Source of the DNA: Erysipelothrix inopinata
Lineage (GTDB): Bacteria; Bacillota_I; Bacilli_A; Erysipelotrichales; Erysipelotrichaceae
Length of the DNA stretch: 32,000 bases
Reading direction: 5' to 3'
Assembly (NCBI RefSeq): GCF_014396165.1
Contig: NZ_CP060715.1
Location: 2,160,001 to 2,192,000, forward strand
This document shows, piece after piece, positions 1 to 7,078 of this stretch (position 1 is its first letter; the number at the start of each line of letters is the position of its first letter). Position numbers and translations under genes: made by a program. The notes beneath the pieces are model-generated. The model worked only from the letters and a program-made list of their open reading frames with translations, was not told the origin of the DNA and made no database searches.

Positions 1-99
1 AAGATAAGGAGCGCCATTTTGAGTAACACCTTTAGTAACACGATTAATCAATAAGGGTGTCTTAACTTTCATTCCCGATTCAAATTCTTTAATCTTCAT
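1..99 (-). CDS. yhaM: 3'-5' exoribonuclease YhaM/Cbf1-like, first 33 codons only (gene continues past window start)
   Basis: Reverse translation from ATG 99-97 gives MKIKEFESGMKVKTPLLINRVTKGVTQNGAPYL. This resembles the OB-fold N-terminus of YhaM/Cbf1 (LIKxxTKGVxSNGKPFL, from memory). GGAGGA at 113-108 lies 8 nt upstream. The start overlaps the stop of the upstream ORF by 11 nt. Not in the ORF track because it is partial. Confidence 0.6.
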   Translation of the reverse strand, partial: MKIKEFESGMKVKTPLLINRVTKGVTQNGAPYL

Positions 100-2065
100 C
101 TTTCAATTCCTCCATTACTTTCGCAATCATATCGTAGTTATAACCACGAGATAATGCATTTTTCACAACCCGATTTCTTGTTTCGTTATCATCATATCGT
201 TTTGAATAACGTTCAAATGATTTTAACATAACAGCTCTCAAGCTATCGTATTCATCGCCCTCACTATAAGGGTCTTCCATATTTCTAATAACATCATTGA
301 TAACATTGAAATCAAACCCTTGTCGTTGAAGATGTTGTCCTAATTTCGCTTCACGTTGACGTGTAGATCCATCTTTAACAGTTCTTAAAAATGATTCTGA
401 ACGTTTTGTTGCACGTGCAAGGTAATCATCATAATCTTCATCTTCAAGTGCATCTTGAATTTTGTCGATATCAAAACCACGTTTGGTTAAGTCTTCGACG
501 ATTCTATGGTTTCCACGCATTTGTTCACGATGATATTCAATCTTATCTCTAAAGTATCGTTCATCATCAATAAAGCGTCGCTTCTCAAGAAGACTAATAA
601 TAATATCAATTTGTTCTTGAGTTAGATCACGCTTCTCACGAAGGTATTCCGCCATTTCAAAACTTGTATAATCACGAACACCAATTCGTGATAAAGCGAG
701 TTGATATGCTTCGTAGACAATTTGATCATCTTCAATTTCATTTAATTCATTTCGAGACATAACACTTCCCACCTCGATTTCACGTCGTTCCTGAATCATT
801 GGATCAATAATCATTGTTTCAACACCTGACTTCGTCTCAAGTGATAGATAGATTTCTTCACCACGATCATCAACACTCAATACGGTTGCTTTACCAAAGT
901 AAACATCAATTCCCTTTTGGTATACTTCCAATACTCGATCCGCAAACAACTTACTGTCATAGGTCTGAGCATAACTGAGCGCTGTATCATGAAGTTCCTT
1001 TTTCTTATTTTCATCGGCAGTAATAAACTGATATGCTTTATCCGCAAACTCTTCAGAAGAAGTAAAGAGATAACCGGTGATATCATCTTCGATGATACCC
1101 TCTAAAGGCTTGTCAGGACGCGCAAACACACATAGACCACATGCAAGTGCCTCAATGTATGTAAGACCTTGTGTTTCCGTTAAAGAAGCGGAAATAAAGG
1201 CATTCGCAACATGATAATAGTTTACAACTTGATCACTTGAAACAGGTCCCACAAAAATGACCTTATCAGCAATCCCAAGTTTATGAGCTTGGATTTCCAA
1301 TTCACTATCAGAAGGACCACCACCCACTATCATTAACTTCGCATTCACATCGCGCTTCAATAAAACTGCAAATGCTTCAATAACTACATCAATACTCTTT
1401 TCCTTCGCAAGTCTTCCTATATACACAAAGAGACTTGTTTCAGGGTCGATATTATATTTTTCTCTAATCCCTTTTAGTTCCTCTTCATTACGAACTTTAA
1501 AGCGATCCAAGTCAAGTCCTGTAGGAATGACAGCAATTTCTTTCTTTATGTCATATCCCAAGAGCATCTTCTTTGTTTTATCAGAAGGCGCAATCACAAC
1601 CTGTGCAGACTTACTGAACATTCTCGACATCTTTGCAACTGCTTTACGTGATAGTTGGTCTACCGATTTTAAGCCAAGTAAGTTTACATAATGTGTATAG
1701 TCTTCGTAAGTCGTATGGTATGTTGAAATCAAAGGTAAATGTAAATTTCTTGCTACAACACGTGCAAACATCCCAATACCAAACTCAGAGTGAACATGAA
1801 TGACATCCAACTCCATCTCTTCGATAACAGCTTGAGCTTGAATATGCAACGGACTGCTTAATACATATCCATATAAAAACTTAAGTTCTACACCAGGTAA
1901 TCTCAATACACCATCTTCATAGGTAGTACTGATTATTGAAGGTTGGTTGGTAACGACAAAAACAGCATGTCCTTGTTTTTCCAACGCATTCTTCAGTGTT
2001 ACGATTGAAGTAACAACACCATTAATATCCGGTGTATAAGTATCCGTAAATAATCCAATTCTCAT
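89..2065 (-). CDS. GT4 glycosyltransferase (alMGS/CpoA-like diacylglycerol glycosyltransferase type) fused in frame to a full-length Firmicute-type RecX
   Basis: 658-aa ORF with AAGGAGG RBS before the ATG at 2065. The N-terminal ~390 aa start MRIGLFTDTYTPDINGVV and carry the GT4 E-x7-E signature (TETQGLTYIEALACG). The C-terminal ~265 aa have the RecX beta-domain plus repeated three-helix modules (YLREKRDLTQEQIDIIISLLEKRRFIDDERYFRDKI..., GNHRIVEDLTKRGFDIDKI..., LGQHLQRQGFDFNVIND..., KNALSRGYNYDMI). Confidence 0.85.
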   Translation of the reverse strand: MRIGLFTDTYTPDINGVVTSIVTLKNALEKQGHAVFVVTNQPSIISTTYEDGVLRLPGVELKFLYGYVLSSPLHIQAQAVIEEMELDVIHVHSEFGIGMFARVVARNLHLPLISTYHTTYEDYTHYVNLLGLKSVDQLSRKAVAKMSRMFSKSAQVVIAPSDKTKKMLLGYDIKKEIAVIPTGLDLDRFKVRNEEELKGIREKYNIDPETSLFVYIGRLAKEKSIDVVIEAFAVLLKRDVNAKLMIVGGGPSDSELEIQAHKLGIADKVIFVGPVSSDQVVNYYHVANAFISASLTETQGLTYIEALACGLCVFARPDKPLEGIIEDDITGYLFTSSEEFADKAYQFITADENKKKELHDTALSYAQTYDSKLFADRVLEVYQKGIDVYFGKATVLSVDDRGEEIYLSLETKSGVETMIIDPMIQERREIEVGSVMSRNELNEIEDDQIVYEAYQLALSRIGVRDYTSFEMAEYLREKRDLTQEQIDIIISLLEKRRFIDDERYFRDKIEYHREQMRGNHRIVEDLTKRGFDIDKIQDALEDEDYDDYLARATKRSESFLRTVKDGSTRQREAKLGQHLQRQGFDFNVINDVIRNMEDPYSEGDEYDSLRAVMLKSFERYSKRYDDNETRNRVVKNALSRGYNYDMIAKVMEELKDED

Positions 2066-2123
2066 TTTTGCCTCCTTTTAAACAAAATAGGCTCCAATTC
2101 ATGAACATATTTTATTAAGTTAA

Positions 2124-2630
2124 TTAAAATAGCACTACATTTTCTTCTTTATCATCTTCAACCAAACGAACTTTAACAGTTTCTGCTAAAGACGTAGGAA
2201 TATTCTTTCCAACATAATCAGCACGAATTGGTAATTCTCGATGACCCCGATCAACCAGCACAGCAAATTGAATTTGTTGTGGTCGACCATTAAAAACAAT
2301 CCCATCCATTGCAGCACGAGCAGTACGTCCCTTAAAGAGAACATCATCCACAATAACTACAACACGGTCCTGTACACTAATTGGTAATCTAAATGCTTGT
2401 TCTTTACTAACAATATCATCACGCCAGTAACTCACATCAAGCGACGCAACAGGAACACTCACTTGTTCAAACTGTTCCATCAATTTAGCAATTCTAAAAG
2501 CTAGGGTCGCTCCACGCGTTTCTATCCCTAGTAAAATGACTTTATCTAGCCCTTTATTACGCTCAATTATTTCATGAGTCATACGTATCAATGAGCGATT
2601 GATAGCATTTTCATCCATAATCGTTTTCAT
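2124..2630 (-). CDS. pyrR: PyrR-family protein (pyrimidine operon attenuation regulator / uracil phosphoribosyltransferase), paralog 1, unlinked to the pyr operon
   Basis: 168 aa with the PRPP-binding motif VVIVDDVLFKGRTARAAMDG and [23 protein letters not shown]. About half its residues match the second PyrR at 29821-30327 by eye. GAGGTG RBS. Confidence 0.85.
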   Translation of the reverse strand: MKTIMDENAINRSLIRMTHEIIERNKGLDKVILLGIETRGATLAFRIAKLMEQFEQVSVPVASLDVSYWRDDIVSKEQAFRLPISVQDRVVVIVDDVLFKGRTARAAMDGIVFNGRPQQIQFAVLVDRGHRELPIRADYVGKNIPTSLAETVKVRLVEDDKEENVVLF

Positions 2631-2649
2631 ATTTTACACCTCATCAAAT

Positions 2650-2658
2650 ATTATAACA
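2650..2658 (-). promoter_or_regulatory. Candidate extended -10 promoter (TGtTATAAT) for pyrR paralog 1
   Basis: The minus strand reads TGTTATAAT about 19 nt upstream of the ATG. There is no good -35, and the implied leader is very short with no room for an attenuator. Confidence 0.35.
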
Positions 2659-2666
2659 AACACCTG

Positions 2667-2695
2667 TTGAAATTGGTATAAGACTATGGTATTAT
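2667..2695 (+). promoter_or_regulatory. SigmaA-type promoter for tRNA-Trp
   Basis: TTGAAA (2667-2672), a 17-nt spacer, then TATTAT (2690-2695), about 21 nt upstream of the tRNA 5' end. Confidence 0.5.
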
Positions 2696-2716
2696 TTACA
2701 AGCAGTCAAGGAATAT

Positions 2717-2790
2717 AGGGGTATAGTTCAATGGTAGAGCAACGGTCTCCAAAACCGTTAATGTGGGTTCGAGTCCTGCTACCCCTGCCA
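2717..2790 (+). tRNA. trnW: tRNA-Trp (anticodon CCA), CCA end encoded
   Basis: 74-nt cloverleaf. Acceptor AGGGGTA/TACCCCT, anticodon stem ACGGT/ACCGT with loop CTCCAAA, T-loop TTCGAGT, discriminator G plus CCA. Close to Bacillus tRNA-Trp from memory. Confidence 0.95.
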
Positions 2791-2804
2791 ATATACACTA
2801 AGTA

Positions 2805-2829
2805 GCCACTTTCGAGTGGCTTTTCTTTT
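2805..2829 (+). terminator. Rho-independent terminator of tRNA-Trp
   Basis: GCCACT-TTCG-AGTGGC hairpin followed by TTTTCTTTT. Confidence 0.8.
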
Positions 2830-2878
2830 GGTTTCGTGAAAATGCTTGCCATACATCTGCCATACATAAAATTTCCTA

Positions 2879-3184
2879 TTATTTATTTCTGTATTCCAGA
2901 AGATGATCTATTACTTCTGGATATCTCCGTCTTGAAATATAGAAAACAGAGTCGTTAGTCATAACAATACGATCCTTATATACTCTTTTGAAATACTTAG
3001 GATTAACAAAGATACCTCGATAGACACAAATCAACCGATTATCGAATTGCCCAACTGTGCTGCATATTGTATCGGTCGTAATGATATCTCCCACATCAGT
3101 ATGAATCATCGTTTTTCTGTCGTAACATTCAATAGAATATACATCTTCTTTCCTTATCAATATATCAGCTACCTTTATAAACAT
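2879..3184 (-). CDS. Stand-alone LytTR DNA-binding domain protein (~101 aa)
   Basis: MFIKVADILIRKEDVYSIECYDRKTMIHTDVGDI...VYRGIFVNPKYFKRV...FYISRRRYPEVI follows the LytTR pattern (yIE..g....ihT...; hRs.iVN...i; vSR.y). The ATG at 3184 is preferred over the GTG at 3199. No receiver or sensor domain is present. Confidence 0.65.
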   Translation of the reverse strand: MFIKVADILIRKEDVYSIECYDRKTMIHTDVGDIITTDTICSTVGQFDNRLICVYRGIFVNPKYFKRVYKDRIVMTNDSVFYISRRRYPEVIDHLLEYRNK

Positions 3185-3354
3185 TAAAAAACACCCCACT
3201 TTGATGCCAACTACGCATGGTACTTACCCCAGGTAATGGGACACAATAAAAAACTAAGCATCTTGTATTCGTACAATTGTTATAAGACAGTAGTGCAAAT
3301 AGGAGATGCTTTTAATTATGAATAAAAAAGAAACTATATAGCATAGAGCTAAAA

Positions 3355-3648
3355 ATGAAGGCTATTTATTTGAGGGAAGAAGGTTGGACCTTTAAAGCAA
3401 TCACTGAAGAGTTAGATATCATAAATGTCTCGCAAGCAAAGCAATGGTGGTATTGGTATAGAGATGGCGAAATTGATAGACTTTCTCAGCCTATAGGAAA
3501 ACAATACTCTTTTGGACATGGTCCAGAAGGAAGTACACTTGAAGAAAATTTAATTATTCGTAACAGAATATTAGAAAATCAAATCAAGATATTAAAAAAG
3601 TATTCAAAGATGGAAAAGAAGTGGTACGGGAAGTATTTGTTGATTTAG
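3355..3648 (+). pseudogene. IS3-family orfA (HTH transposase N-terminal part), 5' end frameshifted
   Basis: KAIYLREEGWTFKAITEELDI is HTH-like. In-frame homology (IKKKLYSIELK) continues upstream to 3322. The likely original ATG at 3318 is one frame off because of an extra A in the run at 3323-3329. Confidence 0.7.
3594..3600 (+). promoter_or_regulatory. Programmed -1 ribosomal frameshift heptamer A_AAA_AAG (orfA to orfB)
   Basis: The heptamer sits in the X_XXY_YYZ register of the orfA frame (codons TTA AAA AAG). The ORF starting at 3621 is in the -1 frame relative to orfA, the canonical IS3/IS150 arrangement. Confidence 0.6.
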
Positions 3649-4310
3649 TAGATGAGTATGAAAACGAATTTCCGATTGTTGATATTTTTAAATTATTTAA
3701 TATCTCAAAATCCTCATATTATAGATGGAAGAAAAAGTATAATGAAGAAAATACTTTGAGTGAATATGAAACCCTAGTAATTGAAACGTGTAACAAAACG
3801 AAATTTGAGTATGGGTATCGCAATATAGCAGGAATACTAAAAAGGGAAGGTTCCTTAATAGGCGTAAATACAGTGCAGCGTATCATGCAAAAATATAATT
3901 TACAAAACCTAGTAAAACCTAAGAAACAGAAAAGTATTAGCGATACTCAGGATCTAAAGTTTGTTCTGGATACTCTTAATCAGATCCCAGAATTGGAGAC
4001 GTTTTGCATCTTGCATTCAGATTAAGGATCCGTTTACACATCAGCCACATATCAAAATTTGGTTCATAAAAAAAGCATTACCATGAGTATGTCTCGTAAG
4101 GGCACACCCGCTGATAATGCTCCAATAGAATCGTTTAATTCCATCTTAAAGACCGAAACGTTCTACAGATATCCGGAACTAAAAAGTTCTACTGAAATTA
4201 TATCACAAACTGTGATAGACTTTATTCAACACTATAACAACACAAGAATACAAACAAAACTAGGATTCATGTCACCAGTACAATACCGTGAGTCACAAGT
4301 CCTAGCTTAG
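3621..4310 (+). pseudogene. IS3-family orfB (DDE/rve integrase-core transposase) with an internal deletion and an in-frame stop
   Basis: ORFs 3621-4025 and 4059-4310 share one frame, split by TAA at 4023-4025 where HSD-Q-G is expected (LHSD*GSVYTS...SMSRKGTPADNAPIESFN...HYNNTRIQTKLGFMSPVQYRE). The segment that normally holds W.TDiTy and the first catalytic D is missing between KPKKQK and LHSD. Confidence 0.8.
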
Positions 4311-4751
4311 TTTTTTTTATAAGTATCCCATTACCTGGGGTCACTACCCATTATAGCGAGGTTTTTTATGTTTTTTTGCAACTAAAATAGGTAAACTTTT
4401 ACATTATCTTTAGCTTCTCTTTGGTTATTCAAATAAAGAGTTTCATTCTTAGCACCTGTTCAACACTCAATCTTACTTTCGAAATATCGCTATTTTTGTC
4501 CCTCTTTAAAATTTATTAACTCTTTTATTGCATCTTACAATGCTCCACTATTTTTTTTACGGTTCTTGTATCTCTCGAACTTATTCATTCCGGCATACAG
4601 CTTATAGAAAAATTTTTAAGTGGACATCATCCAATTCGTTTTCTAGTTTATAAATCCATTTTTCGATTGAAATTAACTTATTTAACTGTAGCCACTTTAC
4701 AGATTCACCACTTGGTTACATCACCTCTTGTTAAAACAGAGGCGATTGGCG

Positions 4752-6002
4752 CTAGATTTGAACAATACCATTTTCTTTATCACTCAAAAGTATTACTACA
4801 TCTTCTCGAGTAAATTCATTATTTCGGAATTTTTCTAAAATTTTTAATAGTTGTTCAGTATCTACAATCAAACTTTCATTTCTTTTTGCTAGTTTTATTT
4901 GATTTTCGTGAACCGGTTCTCGTTTGTCCGGAGATTTTCTTCTTTGATGATTCATGATGAGTAGAGAAAAGACATTTGAGGAATTGATATTAGGATTTCT
5001 TTCTAAAAAAGTTTGATAATGAACATCTAGCTGTGATATATTTTCGCTTCTAATATTCGATGTAACTCCTTTAATCTCTCCAACGTACCAATTGTTCCCG
5101 TATTGAAAACTAAAATCTTCCTCTTTTAAATCAATGAAATCTGTTAGATTGCAATCAAATAGTTCCTCTAATATTTCTAGAACTACTTTTTCCAATTCTT
5201 TTGATTGAGTGTACAAAATAGATTTTAATTCACTATTTTTTTTTAGAATACTATTCGCATTAATAATTTCGCGTTCTGCATTTGAAATGATATTTTGATT
5301 ATCAAAAATATTACTCTTTTGATCTTTGTCATCGAACATTTCTATACTTTCCATCCACTCTGGTTCTATCGGTTTTTCCTTCTCGAGAAGTCCCATTTCT
5401 TCAATTAGAGCCTCTAAATCCAAATTATCGTTACACTTCATAGTTGTGCGACAAATATTATCTGTAAATATTGCTGTGATTGTATTATCATTACAGTTCC
5501 TTTTTATAGTTACATCTTCCCATACAGAAATGGAATCAGAAAAACTAAAATCTGAATTAAGTACCAGAGCAGATGCCCTAGTTTGTGTAGGAGAAAAAAT
5601 TAATACTTCTTGGTAAGATATATACTTATCTAAATCCGCTAAATGGTCAGGAATGTAGTTTAAGCAATCTTTTAGTTTTGAATACTCAAGATAATTATCG
5701 TATGCTTCCGACCCCTCATAACCATAAGTGAAATTTATATTTTGTGGCAAAAGAATTAAAATCTTTTTTTTGCAAATATCCATTTGTTTGCTGATAGTAT
5801 CAAAATCTTGTAAGCAATGCAACGGATCCCAAATCCTAGAACTCTCGTAAGATTCTCTACCATAATTAGACCAAATTTTTTCATTGTTCAAATCAATAAT
5901 ATTTAATTCATAATCATTAAAGTTATTGTGCTCCGAAAATGATTTTAGAATCATATTTTCACTTTTTTCAAAGTAATCATTTTCAGTGATCATCTGTATC
6001 AA
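4752..6002 (-). CDS. Hypothetical 416-aa protein: unknown N-terminal domain, central coiled-coil, C-terminal PD-(D/E)xK-like nuclease motif
   Basis: Intact long ORF in very AT-rich DNA. TTG start at 6002 lies 7 nt after GGGAGGGA; the alternative ATG at 5993 is badly spaced. The C-terminal region has helix VVLEILEELF, then EED296FSF, then WYVGE309IK311G followed by NISQLDVHY, an E...D...ExK...Q layout like Mrr-type or resolvase-like nucleases. Confidence 0.7.
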   Translation of the reverse strand: MIQMITENDYFEKSENMILKSFSEHNNFNDYELNIIDLNNEKIWSNYGRESYESSRIWDPLHCLQDFDTISKQMDICKKKILILLPQNINFTYGYEGSEAYDNYLEYSKLKDCLNYIPDHLADLDKYISYQEVLIFSPTQTRASALVLNSDFSFSDSISVWEDVTIKRNCNDNTITAIFTDNICRTTMKCNDNLDLEALIEEMGLLEKEKPIEPEWMESIEMFDDKDQKSNIFDNQNIISNAEREIINANSILKKNSELKSILYTQSKELEKVVLEILEELFDCNLTDFIDLKEEDFSFQYGNNWYVGEIKGVTSNIRSENISQLDVHYQTFLERNPNINSSNVFSLLIMNHQRRKSPDKREPVHENQIKLAKRNESLIVDTEQLLKILEKFRNNEFTREDVVILLSDKENGIVQI

Positions 6003-6577
6003 TACAATTCCCTCCCTGAGTTTAATAAATTAATCATAGCAAAACCCTGCCAGATATACTAGTAAGGTAATAACTGTTCGGCTTAGAATCGAAAGTTGGT
6101 GCGGTTGTCTATGTTAAGCCTGTAATAATGACCGAAAATAGGGACAACTAGCATATTTCCCTGTGTGTAGGTTTATACTATCATTTTTTTAAGTTCTTTT
6201 CTTTCGATTTCTATTTCGTTTATTATCTTATCGAATGATTCAATATCTTCTTTATCAATTACCTTGGCATTTATTACCATTCCCATTAATTCGTGTTTCA
6301 TATGAGGATTCTCAAAACCAAAGTTTAGAATAACTATATTCACTAAGTATTAGGTGCAACAATCTACTTCAACCTGTTCAATCTCCTTATTCATAATCGG
6401 GCATTTAGATTTCTTTGAATTCAAATAATCATTAAACTGTATTATAGAATGAATATTAGATGATGCATCCCTCCCTTGAACGATTACGTGCGCAATGCTA
6501 GATCCTCTCTCAGATAGTCCTGTAATAAATAAGTATAGCTTATTACCTTATTTTCTTATTCTTAAATAATATTGATT

Positions 6578-7026
6578 TTATACATTAATCACCATCTCAT
6601 TTAATGCGATAATTGAACTCAAATCTCCGAGAGAACAGTCAAACTCAAAATCAAATAATACTACAAATTTATTACCATTCATCAACTTCATAATATTAAA
6701 ATTATCTTTATACACTGCAAAGTATTTGGACTTTTTTTCAGATTGCCCTCTTCGATTAATCCTTAAATGAATAGTAGTTATCGAAAATGGTTCATCATCA
6801 TATTTTGTAAACTCAAACCCTTGTTCACCCACATACTGTATATTCTTCCTTCAGTAACAATTGCTCCAAATTCTTCATCAGATGTTTACCAATTGAAATG
6901 ACACTCACCGACCTTATAATTAGCCTCTCTATATGGACAAGTATCCCAATAATATACGGATTGACTCTCATGTTTAAGTGTCAATCCTATATTGTTCCAC
7001 CCTTGTTTTCCACTTTTATTTGATAC
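6578..7026 (-). pseudogene. Gene remnant of unknown family, with no start codon, an in-frame stop and a frameshift
   Basis: Minus-strand reading gives ...VSNKSGKQGWNNIGLTLKHESQSVYYWDTCPYREANYKVGECHFNW*TSDEEFGAIVTEGRIYSM. After a +1 shift it continues as the 84-aa track ORF (GTG start at 6832, no convincing RBS). The open frame runs upstream into the start of the DUF4145 gene without a start codon. Confidence 0.4.
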
Positions 7027-7078
7027 ATTGATATTCGCCTTTCTAAGTGTTAGTATTTCAGTAGAAAGCGGGTGAACT

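Larger units (their letters stand above)
3217..4350 (+). mobile_element. Decayed IS3-family (IS150-like) insertion sequence, non-autonomous
   Basis: Imperfect terminal inverted repeats: TGGTACTTACCCCAGGTAATGGGA (left) and TCCCATTACCTGGGGTCACTACCCA (right), with TG...CA ends. orfA/orfB are arranged with a -1 frame offset and an A_AAA_AAG slippery site. At ~1.13 kb the element is shorter than typical IS3 members. I see no clear target-site duplication (flanks GCA vs TTA). Confidence 0.85.

Noticed and set aside
877-1105. Track ORFs 877-1086 (-) and 917-1105 (+) inside the GT4::RecX gene
   Set aside because: They lie wholly inside a long, well-supported CDS, out of frame or antisense. They have low-complexity, leucine/isoleucine-rich products and no RBS, so they look like chance frames in AT-rich DNA.
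2848-2867. Tandem GCCATACAT-ct-GCCATACAT repeat, considered as a LytTR operator
   Set aside because: There are only two short copies, located downstream of the LytTR gene's stop and next to the tRNA terminator. The 11-nt periodicity differs from the ~21-nt spacing of typical LytTR sites. It is mentioned only as context in a finding.
5326-5616. 96-aa plus-strand ORF antisense to the 416-aa gene
   Set aside because: It is an antisense shadow ORF with a serine/isoleucine-rich nonsense-like product, no RBS, and is fully contained in the stronger minus-strand CDS.
6070-6170. Nested and crossing short complementarities upstream of the 416-aa gene (TTCGG/CCGAA, GGCTTA/TAAGCC, GTTGTC/GACAAC, AGGGA/TCCCT) that suggest a structured 5' leader or ncRNA
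   Set aside because: The stems are only 5-6 bp with long loops. I recognise no known family, and there is no flanking promoter and terminator pair. This could easily be chance. An Infernal/Rfam scan or RNA-seq would settle it.
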